From Malacoraja senta (Eukaryota): a stretch of 64,000 nt of DNA. The DNA lies in contig CM075989.1 in NCBI GenBank assembly GCA_038087875.1, forward strand, positions 12,278,001-12,342,000, read 5' to 3'. The translations under genes and the position numbers were made by a program. The notes under the pieces are model-generated. The model ran no database searches. It had not been told where the DNA came from and saw only the letters and a list, made by a program, of their open reading frames with translations. Of this stretch, positions 26,670 to 40,193 are shown in pieces (within the stretch, counting starts at the first letter, position 1; each line of letters begins with the position of its first letter).

Positions 26670-28190
26670 AGAGTGGAAATTTGAGTTACCATACAGCCAT
26701 ACGAATAAAACGAACACAATACTCAATAGAATTTAACATAAACATCCACCACATTGGAATCAACATTTCTCACTGTGATGGAAGGCAATAAAGTTCAGTC
26801 ACTTTTCCTCCTTCCCCCACTAGGGGGCCGCATGATGGCAGCCTCTGCCTACAGTCTGACTCTTTTTCCATCTTTTTTTTTTTTATTCCGACTGTTTAAA
26901 AAAGTATGTTTTGGAGGTTTCTTAGTATTTTTATGTGGGGGAGGTGGGTAGGGTAAGGGGGAAACCATTTCTCAGTCACTTCCTGGTGAGGATACGACTA
27001 TTCTCCGAGTCGCGTCTTCACCCCCCCCACCTAGCGGCCTATCATCTGGATTGGCGCGGCCTTTCCTGCCGGAGACCGACCAGAGCTTCAGCAGCAGCGC
27101 AGCACTGGATTCATCGCGGAGCGGGCGATGCCTTACCTGGGATCGACGTTTGAAGCTCCGAAGTGTTGGGCCTGCTGCTTCCACATCGTGGGGTTGTGGT
27201 TTGTGGAACTCCCAGCTGCGAGCGGCGCTGACCTCAACATCGCGGAGTCCTGGGATCCCTTTGCCGAGGGCCGCCAGTGTGAATCTCCGCCCAGCTCGGC
27301 CTGTGGACTTCGGTAAGAAGTGGCCGATTCGGAAGTCCAAGCCGCTGAGAATGTTCTTCCGTTCCGATGTCGGAGTTCCATCATCCCGACGAGAGGGCCT
27401 GAACATCGGGCCGCCCGTAGCGGCGACTGCAGGGGGGGGGGGCTCGGGAGGCATGGACCACGCGTGAACAACAAGAAGGAGGATGACTGAACTTTGGTGC
27501 CTTCCCTCACAGTGGGAAACTTTGATTCTGCTGTGTGGGGATGTTTGTGTTAAAGTCTATCGTGTGTTGTGTTCTTTTTTATTCGTATGGCTGTATGGTG
27601 ACCCAAATTTCACTGTACCAATTGGTGCATGTGACAATAAATGTCTCTTGAATCTTGAATCTTTTTGTTCACCCGTGGTCGGGGCCTTGAACCCTCTGCA
27701 GTCGCCGCTACGGACGGCCCGATGTACAGGGCCTCTCGCCGGGATGATAGAAACTCCGACGTCGGGACGGATGGGAACACACTCTGCGGCTTGGAGTTCC
27801 TGAATCGGCCGCTTCTTACTGGAGACCGTGGCTTCCGAAGTCCACAGGCCCCGCAGGACGGAGCTCCAACACTGGCGATCCTCGACAAGGATCCCAGGCT
27901 CCGCGATGGTAATTCCGCGCTGCGCCTGCTGCTGAAGCACTGGGCCGGTCTCCAGTCGGAAAGGCCGCGCCAATCCAGTTGGTAGGCCACGAGGGGGATG
28001 AAGATGCGACACGGAGAAAAGACGCATCTCCGTCCAGGTAAGTGACTGAAAAGTGGTTTCCCCCTATTCCCCCCCCACCACCCCCCACATAAGACATACT
28101 AAGAAACCTACATTTAAATGCACTAAAAATAACGAAAAAGGCGAAAGGACTGACGAGCTGCTGGCGAGGCAGCCACTGAGGTGGCACCGC
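26670..28190. mobile_element. Two nested copies of a GC-rich non-coding retroposon (plus copy ~26815-27660 inside a minus copy)
   Basis: Minus-copy sequence ..aaagttcagtcacttttcctc|..ttttgttcacccgtggtcgggg is contiguous in the sibling at ~55063-55105 but is split here by a plus copy ending GACAATAAA..(CTTGAAT)2. Confidence 0.75.
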
Positions 28191-28695
28191 CCAAAATCTC
28201 TATCCTACTGAGTGTTTGGGTTTAATGAAAACAGAGATTGATTGGGGGCAAATCAAAAAAATCAAAGGATAAGAACATAGTGCAGGAAAATGGCACTGAG
28301 GTGGAAGATCACCAGATGGCCAACTATGCTCCTGTTTCATGTTCTAAAACTCCAGCCACACGCTGATGCTGGGACAGCTCTCTATGTCATGGACACATTG
28401 ATTGTCAATTTCCTCAACACGTGATTTTTCCCAGTAGCCCCTGCAGATTTGTGCCGTGTCTTCCAATCAGCTATTCGCCGCAGTGTTAGAGAGGTCACTC
28501 AGATTCTGCTTTTGTGAAGAGTTTATTTAATCTACTCTAATTTTAATGTGGCCAGCTGGTATCCAAGGCTCTGGGTTCTGGTCAGCATTGATAGCTTCTC
28601 CTGAGAACAGCCAGCTAGCTATTAAATGCACTCATCTTCCAGTTATTCTGATCCATAGCTATCGCTGGTAGCTTCAGGCAAATACCACACCCTTA

Positions 28696-29181
28696 AGGGC
28701 CTGTCCCACTTAAGTGATTTTTTCGGCGACTACAGGTGACTAGGCTGTCGCCACATGGTCGCGGGGTGACGCCTGTATGGTCGTGAGCAGTCTCCGCAGG
28801 TCGCCTGAAGAGTCGTAACGTTTTTCTGGTCGCCGCTGGATTTTGAAATGTTCAAAACTTTTCGGCGACTGTGGGCTTGACGTAGCTTGTCTTCTCCTGT
28901 CGCAGGTGCTGTCGTAGGTTGACGCCAGGATGACGCAGGTTGTCGCCAGGTGACGTTGGTTGTCGCTGGGTGCTGACCGGTGAATTCCATACGTCAACCG
29001 GCGACAGGTACGGTAGCTTCCCGTAGCTTGACATCGACTAGTTGGTAGGTTGCAGTAGCTTGTCGTAGACATTGTCGTAGGGGGGGGGGGGGGGGGCATG
29101 TCGCCGGTTTTTCAGCGACCTGCTACGACTGTGACAGTCGCCGGCAGTCCCCCCAAAAATCACCTAAGTGGGACAGGCCCT
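28696..29181. mobile_element. PIF/Harbinger-type MITE
   Basis: ~27-bp TIRs AGGGCCTGTCCCACTTA.GTGATTTTT / AAAAATCAC.TAAGTGGGACAGGCCCT; 3-bp TSD TTA (28693-28695, 29182-29184); internal GTCG-rich repeats; no transposase. Confidence 0.88.
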
Positions 29182-29379
29182 TTAGTACATAGGAATACAA
29201 TCTCACATCATCTCACTACCAAAATAGGGAAGTTCAGCCAGTTTGAAGTGAGATGCAGACACACAAATCATTGTATATTACACATTTTAATTCTGTGCAT
29301 TCTGCTTGTGAAATTTATCTTCGCACTTCCACATTTACAATAGAAACTGCAATTGGAACATTGCAGTGTAATTAACACC

Positions 29380-30603
29380 CATCCCCCTCCTCCACAGTAG
29401 GAGTCGTGGTTATAGCATTTCTACAAGTGGGAGGGTGTCACTGTAACATGTCAAGTTGGCACAGGTTCCTCGTACAAAGAAAATAAAAAACACAATAATA
29501 AAAATTGAATGCAATAGACACAAAAGGCCGTGTCTTACCTGTTTGCGGTCATCGGCGGTGAAGCGCGGCGTCGCCAGTAGCGAGGACCGCGCGGCAACGG
29601 CGAGAGCGTCGAGCCTATCCACCGGAGCGCCGCACGGATGTTGCGCGGGGGCCGAGTTAATTCAAACACGGCGGGTCCCACGTGCTTGCGGTAAGTAAAA
29701 AAAGGGCGGGCCGACTGCGATGACGTCGGCTCCCCGCACGTGACTCACCAGCGGTGGCTGTGGCGGCGGCCATCCTGATCGCGGCGCTGTAGCGGTGGCT
29801 GTGCCTGCGGCCGCGCAGCACACGTGCCTCACTGGCGGCGGCACGTGCGTCACTGGCGGAGGCTGTGGCAGAGGAGGTTTGACGCACGGCGCTCGACCCA
29901 CACTGGCGGCGGCCCGTGCGAGCGGCCGTGCGCACTCGTGCATCACTGGTGGAGGTTGTGCGGTGAGTATAGTGTTTTCGACATTGTCGATTTTATTTTT
30001 GCACCGCGTGGTGTTGGGAACACCGTCGCACGGCCCGGGAATTGTTCTTTCTCACGATTGCGCGGTCTATGGCGGCAGATTCTTCCCGTTTCGCCGCCAA
30101 TGACCGCAGATTCGTGAGACAGACCTTTTACATTTTTATTTCTCCTTTTATGATTTGAGCCAAGCCAAAGCATTTTACAGACATTCAAATATTTATAAAA
30201 TGTAATCTCTCAATCCCTCTCTCTCTCTCTCTCTCTTGCCGTAGGTTGCCGAAACCCCTGTAGGCCTCATTGTCGTCGTCCCCCGCCCTTGTTTCAAAAG
30301 CGATTTCCGCCACTGCATCCAACATTTGCAACAATGTTGCCATCATAGAACACTTACTCCTGGTCCTGCCAGCACAGAAAGGGGAAGTGGAATTGGAATT
30401 GCTGGCGGAGGCAGGGGAAGTGCAATCAGATTTTTTTTTAGTCCAATGCTGGGGGAGGTAGGGGAGTGGTGGAATCTTATGTTGGGGAACAGGTCATGTT
30501 GGGGGACCAGGCCTCCCGTGGGGGCTATGGGTGAGTGGGGGAATGAGTTGCGTTGGGGTACAGGCCTCCCTGACAGGGACCCAACGGGTCCCACTTAGTC
30601 TAG
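29380..30603 (+). mobile_element. Helitron-like non-autonomous element with CpG-rich interior (5' boundary uncertain)
   Basis: 3' hallmark: hairpin GGGACCC-AAC-GGGTCCC (30576-30592), 7 nt, then CTAG (30600-30603) followed by T. No TSD or TIR seen. Confidence 0.55.
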
Positions 30604-31084
30604 TTTATAATTAAAATGCATTTATAATCCACATTTCCCATCAGAGGGACTGGTGGTGGGGTTGGAACAAAAGGGGGGAATGGAAGTGGGATTGTGTCTG
30701 AGTGGGTGGGGATGATGGGAAGAGTGAGGGAGGGCATATGTGGGAGTGAGGTGGGGTTGTATCTGGGATACATGATGGCGTTCGTCTCTAAATCTAAATA
30801 TAATTGAAATCGTGATCAGCTTCTCTCACTGCAAATTCTACTGCAGCACTTTTGGGAATATTAGCATTGATAAGGTGTCATCACAATAACAGCACCAAGA
30901 TCTTTTCCATATGATGAGCAGCATAAGCAAATATTGACAGGGCAGCTAATGTGTAGATTGTAAACTGTGGTGAAAATCTGGGTAGACTGCAGATCCCAGA
31001 CAGGAGACTGAAATTTGAACCAAAGGTTATTGGGCCACAGAATTAAATTGTATGGCCACTTTATACGAATCCTTTATATTATAT

Positions 31085-31255
31085 TATCCTAAACACTCTC
31101 ACTGGTGGACACATCCTCTCCTCATCCACTCTATCCAGGCCTTTCACTATTCGGTAAGTTTCAATGAGGCTTCCTCTCATCCTTCTAAATTCCAGCGAGT
31201 ACAGGCCCAGTGCTGTCAAACGCTCATCATATGTTAACGCACTCATTCCTAGGAA
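31085..31255 (-). mobile_element. CR1 fragment
   Basis: Translates LTYDERLTALGLYSLEFRRMRGSLIETYRIVKGLDRVD. Confidence 0.8.
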
Positions 31256-31429
31256 TGATTGTGTCACAGCTAGTAATAATAGACTATTTAGTGCCTTGTA
31301 CACAAAGACGATAAGGTGAACTCCAGCACTTTGTGTTTTGCTCAGGATTCTTGTATCTGCAGTTTCTTGTACCTTCATGTTACTTCTCCACTGTAAAATG
31401 TTCTCCTAGTATGCCTACCGTGAAGAGAT

Positions 31430-31900
31430 TCTCCTCCTCTCTTCGATGGGAATCCTGTGAGACCTTGTCCCCTCTTTGATGCTTGCTACTCTCACGCAGT
31501 TCGACCATGTTTTGACCCAGACTCGCTACAAGAGCCATGTGTCTTCCCTCAGCAGTTGCCTTTGCTGCCATCTCGTTCCACATGGCTTCCAGCTCCAATT
31601 CCATGGGCTCCCAGTTCAGGCCCAACCACGATCCACGGTACCTAACTCAATACACCACTTCTTGCAAGTGTTCTTCCTCCTTGCACTGCATTCTATACTC
31701 TTCGCCATGCGCCAGTACTTTCTGCTCCTCCCTCAGCCACTCCCAGTGTTCCGGGCCTCACTCTTACAGAAGTGCCATGGACCTCTGCTCCTTTACTTCC
31801 CCCGCCGGTTCCACACTTAAACCAGTACTTCTTCATTTGCTTGACATCCACCAGGGTTCGCAAGCTCACCCGTCTCCAGGTGGGACCCTCCCACTGATGC
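31430..31900 (+). mobile_element. Possible decayed Penelope-like ORF N-terminal fragment
   Basis: FDHVLTQTRYKSHVSSLSSCLCCHLVPHGFQLQF resembles PLE ORF N-termini; flanked by degenerate pLTR-like repeats (~31315-31375, ~32010-32105). Confidence 0.4.
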
Positions 31901-33574
31901 TGTAATCCGCCCCCAGGCAGAAGGCCTCAGCACTGGATCAACGTGCTTTCGACCACCACCATGACGAGATCTGCGACAACATTGCCAATTGATCCAGCTG
32001 GGACCCCGACAATAAAAAAGGATCTAGACCCAAAATATCGTCTGTTCATTCCCTCCACAGATATTGCCTTACCTGGTGAGTTCCCCCAACATCTCGTGTT
32101 TTGCTATCATTTACCGCAACATGGTGCTGCTGTGGAGTTAGGATATTCTTCAACCTCACTACCCTGCAAATTCCATCAGCAGACATCAGTCGGTCTCGCA
32201 ATGGGGATTCCAACCTACAGGAACAAGTAACAAGTAATGTTGATGATTATATTTTGTGCTAGTGCATGTCAACCTGAGACAAAAAATGGCACTTATATAG
32301 TGCATTAAAAATATACATTCAGTTTAGAACTATAACTGGCTGCAATAAAATCATGAACAAAATTTCAAAAAAATGACAAATGGCCAAGACAACTGAAGGT
32401 TTGGCCACCACCGGTGACTTAAATCATTAATGGTTGCAGAAGAAATCACAAAGAGAAAGGTGTTGGGATCTTGATGGGGTGTAGAATTGCAGGATGTCAT
32501 GGAGAAAAGGCGAGCTCCAGCCAGAGAGATTTGAACAAGGCATGAAAACTTTAATCGAAGACATTGCTGAATTAGGAGACAAGCAGAAGGTCAATGGGCA
32601 AACACGACTGAGCACTAGATATGGGCATCAGCATTTGGATAAAGATTCTGTGGGTGAACTGAGAGCCTGAGCAAAAGAGAGAGCTGTCTATAGCTGAGGA
32701 GATGATAACATTCAAAACGAGTAAGCGATACAACTGATTCCTATTCCCTGGGAATAAATTAAAATAAACAGTGGTATAGGCACAAAGAGAATAGATTAAT
32801 ATTTCACAAAAACACAGCGGTTGTCACTGATAATAAATAGCACTTTCCTCTCCTACTGCTGCAGTGTGCTTGGGTAACTATGGCAACCAAAACATTAACA
32901 CTCAATGATTCTTGTACTTTGACACTACTTTGATTGATTATACAGGCATTGTTTGTGCCTGGAATTATCGCCCCTGGAATAAGCTTTACTTAGAAACATT
33001 ATTATTAAGTGCTCCTCAACCTATTATATAACTTTAAGGCCCTCTTACTAACGAACCAGATACTCAAGAACATGCCATTTCCCAGCTAAGGGTGCTGCAA
33101 ACCTGCTCCCATCAAGACTCTGATAATGGCAGGAAAGGGGGGGATCAGACTGGGAACCATGCTCTTTTGTGTTTATTAATGATCAGTAGTTGGCTTTAAA
33201 GGGCATGGTTTTAACATTTGCTGATGACTCAAAATCAAACTAAGAGTATTAATATTTGTATACTAAGCAAAGAGTTTACATACAGCAGATAGAATTTAAT
33301 GTAAAAAAGTGTGAAATTGAACAGTTGGATCAAAAGAATGACAAGAGGCAACATGTTAAAGAGGAAGAGAACAAAACAGCATAGCACAGGAGCAGGCCGT
33401 CTGATCCACTGAGTTACTCCACCACTTTATCTTTTTTTTGTAAACCATCATCTGCAGTTCCTAGTTTCTACAGGAAAAAGCCCCTCGGCATACGATATCT
33501 GTGTCGAACATGATGCCAAAATAAACTAATCCTTTGGTTGTCTGTAGAGTATATTTGATCTTCGGGTTTATAAA

Positions 33575-36475
33575 TCAAGTCAAGTCACATTTATTTATAT
33601 AGCACATTTAAAAAACAACTCTCGTTGGCCAAAGTGCTTTACATTTGTTATAAGAATAGCACAACAAAAACAAACTACATACATATATACATGTAGCCCT
33701 CACTCAGAGGACGTCAGGAAAGGCTTGGGAGTATAGATAAGTCTTTAGTCTTGACTTAAAAGAGTCGATGGAGGGGGCAGTTCTGATGGGAAAGGGGATG
33801 CTGTTCCACAGTCTAGCGGCTGCAACCGCAAAGGCGCGATCGTCCCTGAGCTTATGCCTAGACCGTGGGATATTCAGCAACCCCAAGTCGGCCGATCTGA
33901 GGGGCCTGGAGGTGGAGTGGTGGGTGAGAAGACTTTTTATGTAGGTGGGGGCAAGCCCATTGAGGGCTTTGTAGACATGGAGGAGGATCTTGAAGTTTAT
34001 ACGGAACCGCACAGAGAGCCAGTGGAGAGAGGCCAGGATCGGGGTGATGTGGTCCCTTTTTCGGGTGCCCGTCAGGAGTCTCGCTGCGGCGTTTTGGACC
34101 AGTTGCAGGCGGGACAGGGAAGATTGGCTGATGCCAGTGTAAAGGGCATTGCAGTAATCTAGGCGGGAGGGGATGAATGTGTGGATGATCTTTTCCAGGT
34201 CATCAAACTGGAGGAATTGTTTTATTTTAGCTATCGTCCGAAGCTGAAAGAAGCTAGCTTTTACCACGGCATTGACTTGTTTGTCAAATTTCAGTGCTGA
34301 GTCAAACATCACGCCAAGGTTTTTGACGTGAGGTTTGAGTAGTGGGGTAAGGCTTCCAAGGCTGCCTGCTATCATTTTGATTGAGTCCGAGGGGCCGAGA
34401 AGGATGACCTCAGACTTACTCTCATTTAGTTGGAGGAAGTTCTGGGCCATCCAACACTTTATATCCTCGAGGCAGTGGGTAAGGTTAAACAGATTTGATT
34501 GGTTTTTGGGCTTCAGGGGGAGATAGAGTTGTGTATCGTCTGCGTAGCAATGGAAGGAAATGCCGTGCCTTTCAATGACTTGGCCTAAGGGGAGCATATA
34601 CAGGGAGAAGAGAATGGGGCCAAGGATGGAACCTTGTGGAACCCCACAGCAGAGATTAGCTGGGGAGGAGAATGAGTTGCCTATGTTAATCGAGAAACTC
34701 CTACCTTTGAGGTAGGAGATGAACCAGCTCAGGGCAGTGCCATCAATACCAACCCCATACCGGAGACCGTCAATTAGGATGGTATTGTCGACAGTATCAA
34801 ATGCTGCGCTGAGGTCAAGAAGGAGCAGAATTGCACAGTTGCTGGAGTCAACGGTGAGCAGTAGGTCATTGTGTACCTTCAACAAGGCAGACTCTGTGCT
34901 ATGGTGAGCCCTGAAACCTGATTGGAAAGTTTCCAAGATAGTGTTTTGGTGAAGGTAAGGTATAAGTTGATTTAAAATTACCTTTTCAAGGGCTTTTGAG
35001 AGGAAAGGCAGTTTAGAAATGGGTCTGTAGTTGCTTGGCAAGGTGGGGTCGAGGTTAGGTTTTTTCAGGAGTGGTTGGACCACCGCATGATTGAAGCAGG
35101 TAGGTACAGTGCCAGTGGCCAGAGAGCTGTTGAAGATGGCGAGGATGCTGGGACCAGCTGTTGTAATGATGTCCTTTAGGAGGGCAGAGGGGACAGTGTC
35201 GAGGTGGCAGGTAGTAGGTTTCATGGTGGTGATCAGTTTTACAAGGGAGGGTAGAGTAACGGGTTGGAAACTGTCTAATTTTGAAGAGCAGACCAATGAG
35301 ACAGCCAGGTCACGGGTGGGAGGGGAAATATTCGTTCTTATATTTTTTACCTTGCTGGTGAAAAATGTGGTAAATTCCTCGCACTTAGCAGGGGACCCAG
35401 TTAGGCTGGTGCTGGTGGCAGGACAGATGATGGAGGTGATGGTGCTAAAGAGGACCTTGGAATTTTGCTTGTTTTTGGAGATAAGGGTGGAAAAATATTT
35501 AGTTCTTGCAGATTTTACTGCTTCCTGGTATTTGACAAGATTATTTTTCAGGAGTTCAAAGGACATTTGAAGCTTATCAGATTTGTACTTCCATTCTGAT
35601 TTTCTGCATTCTCTTCTTAGGGCTCTGGTGGTATAATTGAGCCACGGCTCGCCTTTAGGCTTAGGCTTTTTCATTTTAAGAGGAGCAACAGAATCCAGGA
35701 CGGAAGAACAGGTATTATTGAATAAAGAAATTAGGTCGTCGGTACTGAGATGAGGGGTGGACGCCTCAATAGTGCAGATGTCGGGGGCGGCTATGAGAGC
35801 CTCAGAGAACTTACTGGCCGTCGTGGAGTTAACGTAGTGGGAGTAGCGAGCAGGGAGATGGGATTTTGAGGGAGAGAAAGGCAGTGATATATCAAATATA
35901 ATAGCACTATGGTCGGACAGGCAGGCATCAATAATATCTGTGTTACGAGTTGGGAGACCAGACGAAAGCACTAGGTCTAGTGTATGGCCAAGCTTGTGCG
36001 TGGGTCCAGTGGTGAGTAGAGACAGATTAAAGGACTCAACCAGGTTCATAAATTCACTCACAAGAGGCTTCGTGGGACAGCAAACGTGAATGTTAGTCAC
36101 CAAGAATCAGGACCTGGTCAAATTTGGGCAACAAGCTAGCAATAAGATCACCAAATTGTGAGATAAAGTCCTTATGCATCTTTGGTGGGCGATACACAAG
36201 AACAATTAAAAGCGGACAGATTAGACCAACTATGATTAGTTGATGTTCAAAACTGGAAACCTGATCAGTGTTCAGAAGGCGGCAGTTGAAATTCTTCTTA
36301 AACACAGTGGCTAGGCCCCCACAGCGACCTGAGAGCCTGGGCGAGCTGAAAAAGTTACAGGTATCAGGGCAGAGTTCCACGAGTGGAGCAAGCTCACCAG
36401 GATTAAGCCAGGTTTCAGTGATCAGTAGGAAGTCCAATCCACGTGTGGTGAAGAAGTCATTGAGGTCAAATAAAG
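33575..36475 (-). mobile_element. L2-clade LINE, 5'-truncated, near-intact ORF2 (APE endonuclease + RT)
   Basis: APE motifs ITETWL, VYRPP, ILGD|NIH, GHTLDLV, SDH; RT motifs NYRPISKLPFLSK, LDLSAAFDTVD, GVPQGSILGP, YADDTQLY. One frameshift at ~36093; 3' AATAAA plus (GACTT)n tail. Confidence 0.93.
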
Positions 36476-39040
36476 CCACAATGTACAAAATCAATAATTG
36501 GTTGGGCTGCTCTGTGTTCAATTCTTGGCACAACAATTTGGGAAGGATGACAAGCATTGGAGAGAGTGCAGACAGTATGGGGAAGAAATTTACCAGGATA
36601 GCCCAAAGGCTGAGAGGAATTTGACGAAATTGATGGAGCCAAATCCAGAGAGCATAGCTTTAAGATAATGTGTGGGGCAAGTTATTTTACTCAGAACGTG
36701 CTGCCTGGGGTGGTGGTGGAGGCAGATGTGATGGCATTTCAGAGGCTGTCTGATAGGCCATAGCCTGCAGAGATTAGTTTAACCTGGCATCAACACAGAT
36801 ATTGTGGAGTGAATGGCCTGTTCCTGTCCTATACTGTTCTATTTGTAAGAAGGAACTGTAGTTGCTCATTTACACTGAAGATGGACACAAGATTCTTCAG
36901 TAACTCAGCAGATCAGGCGGCATCTCTGGAGAATGGTCACCAATTCCTTTTCTCCAGAGATCCCCTTCATCAGATTGTGGGTCAGGGAGGGGGAAAACGA
37001 GTAGTACCACCATGGTGCTGTAACCTAGGCAGTAGCAACACTTTGATCGTGCAGTGGCAATGTATTTCCATGTTCGCATAGTGTACAAATGAGAGGGAGG
37101 TCACACTGCAATTTGACTAAATTACAGGTGCTATATTAATGCAAGTTGTTTTAAAAGTTCTGACAAGTTGAAGAAACCATTTCTTCAGAGCTATGTATTC
37201 ACACGTAGTGCCGCCATGTTTTCATGCTTTTAGCAGGTTTTGCTTAATGGAGAGTGCTATTCCATACTGAGCAGAGCAGAGCACAGTTCAAATCCCATCT
37301 GAGAAACATTCACTCCAAATGAGATATTGCTCATGAATGCAACCTGATCCATTAAGGGAGAATTCATATGATCAGTATGTCAAACTGCCATTGGGAGGAA
37401 TCTGGCAAGCACTGGCAGGTTTTCTGAGACTGAACATGTTTGTGTTTTAAGGTTAATTATCAATCCTGGCATAGAGACAGTTGTTGCATGATAACAGACA
37501 TAACCAGATCATATTGTACAGGATCTGTATCAGAATGAACCAACACAAATATTTGGTGAAAATATCTCTGCCAAAATTTCAGGCTGAGTTAGCAGCTTGC
37601 ATTTAGCCCCAATCAAAATGTTGGAAATAGATATTTCTGCTGGTCTGCTTGAAAACAGAATTAATACATCTGTCCTGTTAAACAAAATGAATAAGTGTTT
37701 GAAATTTTGCCTAGATTGGTCAGGCTAATCGTCGACGTTTTAAAAGGATTTCTTTGCTCCAACATAATTAATAATTTATCACTCAGCTTTGTGCAACACC
37801 AGTTAATGGTTTTGTTCTAGAGTTTTAGTTTGAAACAGGCTAAGTTCAGATATCAGTGGATGAGTCAAATATATTGAAATGTGACCTGTTGTTCTCTGAA
37901 CTCCTGGGGCAATGCTGACCTGGAAGATGACAAAATTGCTTGTTCATTTTCAAATAAATAGTTTTTGCATCAGAATAAACTCCGCAGGACGTTTCAGTAA
38001 TCAATACACTGAGGATACAACTAATTAAACCTGTAATTTTTAGATTCTAAAAGTAGCATAGATGAGATGAATTGGTTCTTGGGCAGTAACTGGGTGATTG
38101 CAAATCAGCTGCTGTGTCACACAAACCTAAATGTCCTTTCCAATCAGACAAAATCAAAGTGGATGGTTGACATCCTATCACTCAGTTTGCACCAAGATGT
38201 CAGAGTTCACCAATAAAAGATCACTATTCTTCCTGCCCATCTACTTTCTACCTTATTATCCCTGTAAATCAGATAATCTATAGTTATCTTTTTAAAACTC
38301 CTACAGTTGTGCACACAACCTACGTCACAAGTTTAGACATGCATGTGACCCATAAAAGTGTCACCATATGAAAAATCAATAAGTAACAGATTTATTCCTT
38401 CCTTTTCAATGCTCTCCAGTCTCCAGGGGGTATTGCTGTCACTATCAACCTCCAGCCACAATCCCCACACAACCTCCCGCTGTAACTGTCTCTAAAGGCA
38501 AAGCTATTTTTATACAGAGCACTAAAATTAAACAGAAGCATCAATTGATGGTTGAATATTAGATTTCATAACTCCTCTTTAAATAAACTGTTTTCTGCTG
38601 ACGATCTGAAACATTTTAATTTAATTTACATAAATCTGCAGCCTCTTTCACAATACAATTTCAAACTTTCAAAGGCAATCACTTGTAGCTTTAATTTTAG
38701 CTTGGGATTCATCTCTCTCATGTTCGCTGCTTTAACTGAATATTTTTCTAGCTTCCCATTGTGACAATTGTCGAGTGATCCACCACAACCTTTTGGATCT
38801 TTTCTCTTGCCTATTATTAAAATAGTAATAATTGCTCCAGGTGTATAAGAGACAGAAACAACGTTAAAAGTAGCCCTTTTCTTCCTCTTTGCTTCTCTTT
38901 CTGCTTGCAAAAACGTTTCACCCCTTTCTATTTTATTGAATGAATTCATATTGAAAGAGGCTCAGATTTAATGTCATCCAACTGTAACATCATTGGATTC
39001 CTAACTCCTTGTATTTCTAAATGTATACTTCACAACATAA

Positions 39041-39332
39041 CAGGTGGTGTAGTGGTACAGTTGCTGCCTTAGAGCGCCAGAGACCCGCGTTCGGTCCGGA
39101 CCTCGGGTACTTGGCTGTACGGAGTTTGTACGTTCTCCCCGTGGCCTGTGTGGGTTTTCCCTGGGAGCTCCGGTTTCCTCCTACACTCCAAAGACGTGCA
39201 GGTTTGTAGGTTAATTGGCTTGGTAAAATTGTAAATTATCCCTCGTGTGTAGGATAGTGTTAATATGTGGGGATCACTGGTTAGCACGGATTTGGTGGGC
39301 CGATGGGCCTGTTTCTGCATTGTATCTCAAAA
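39041..39332 (+). mobile_element. tRNA-derived V-SINE (HE1-like)
   Basis: A box TGGTGTAGTGG, B box GTTCGGTCC, V-domain (ggagtttgtacgttctccccgtg..ctccggtttcctc..ccaaagacgtgcagg), CR1-like tail gggccgatgggcctgtttctg. Confidence 0.85.
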
Positions 39333-40193
39333 CTGTTAATTCAGTCCTATTTGCTCTAATTTTATACACCTACCCAAGTGGTGCACAAATGTTATTAATT
39401 TATTTCCTTCCAAATCTCTTCCAATTTTAATTATGTTTCATTTAATGAATTAGAGCTGAAAACATTCCTTTATTCCCAGTCTGAAGAACGGTTTCGACCT
39501 GAAATGTTGCCTATTTCCTTCGCTCCATAGATGCTGCCTCACCCGCTGAGTTTCTCCAGCATTTTTGTCTACCTTTATTCCCATATTTTGTTTATTATAT
39601 TTAATAATTGATTCTAAATGTATATTTCTTAATAATTTCAATGTGTTTAGTGTCTACTTTTATCAGCTTACTTTTCTTTAGATTCCATCCTTTCCAAACT
39701 AATTTATATGCCATTTAGTGCCATGAAATCTTCTTCAACTAATTAAGACAAAAGCTGTCATTCAATACTCATGACGGAAAGAGGTGATAGCTGGGCTGAT
39801 TTCCAGTCTTTTCTATTTTATTTAAGATTGGCACTGTTTTATTTTATATCTGAACAGATTAATTGGCACAAGGTTACTTTTGAAGCATTGTGACGTTACA
39901 ATGCAATCTTTTACTGATAAATGAGAAATAAAAGTTGGTCAGACAGTTTCTATTTCCAATAAATCTGTAAAACATTTTACATCCACAGCCACAGGGCCTG
40001 AAAATAATAAAATTGTATGGGCTGATAAAAATTGCATTCAGAAGCAGTATAGAGGAAGAAAAGGAAATATTATTAATTTTGTTTCAGCATCAAAACTAGG
40101 AATGATAAATACAATGGAGACAATAAAGTAGATATAAACACAAAAAGGTGGAGTAACTCAGCGGGACTGGCAGCATCTCTGGAGAGAAGGAAT

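Noticed and set aside
26935..28187. Many overlapping 100-160 aa ORFs
   Set aside because: GC-rich repeat with few stop codons; frames are not conserved between family copies.
29410..30188. Ala/Arg/Gly-rich ORFs
   Set aside because: Low-complexity translations of GC-rich sequence; no domain recognised.
35091..35570. 159-aa plus-strand ORF (also antisense ORFs at 46127-47242)
   Set aside because: Antisense shadows of LINE ORF2.
39041..39110. tRNA gene
   Set aside because: The A/B boxes belong to a V-SINE head; no complete cloverleaf.
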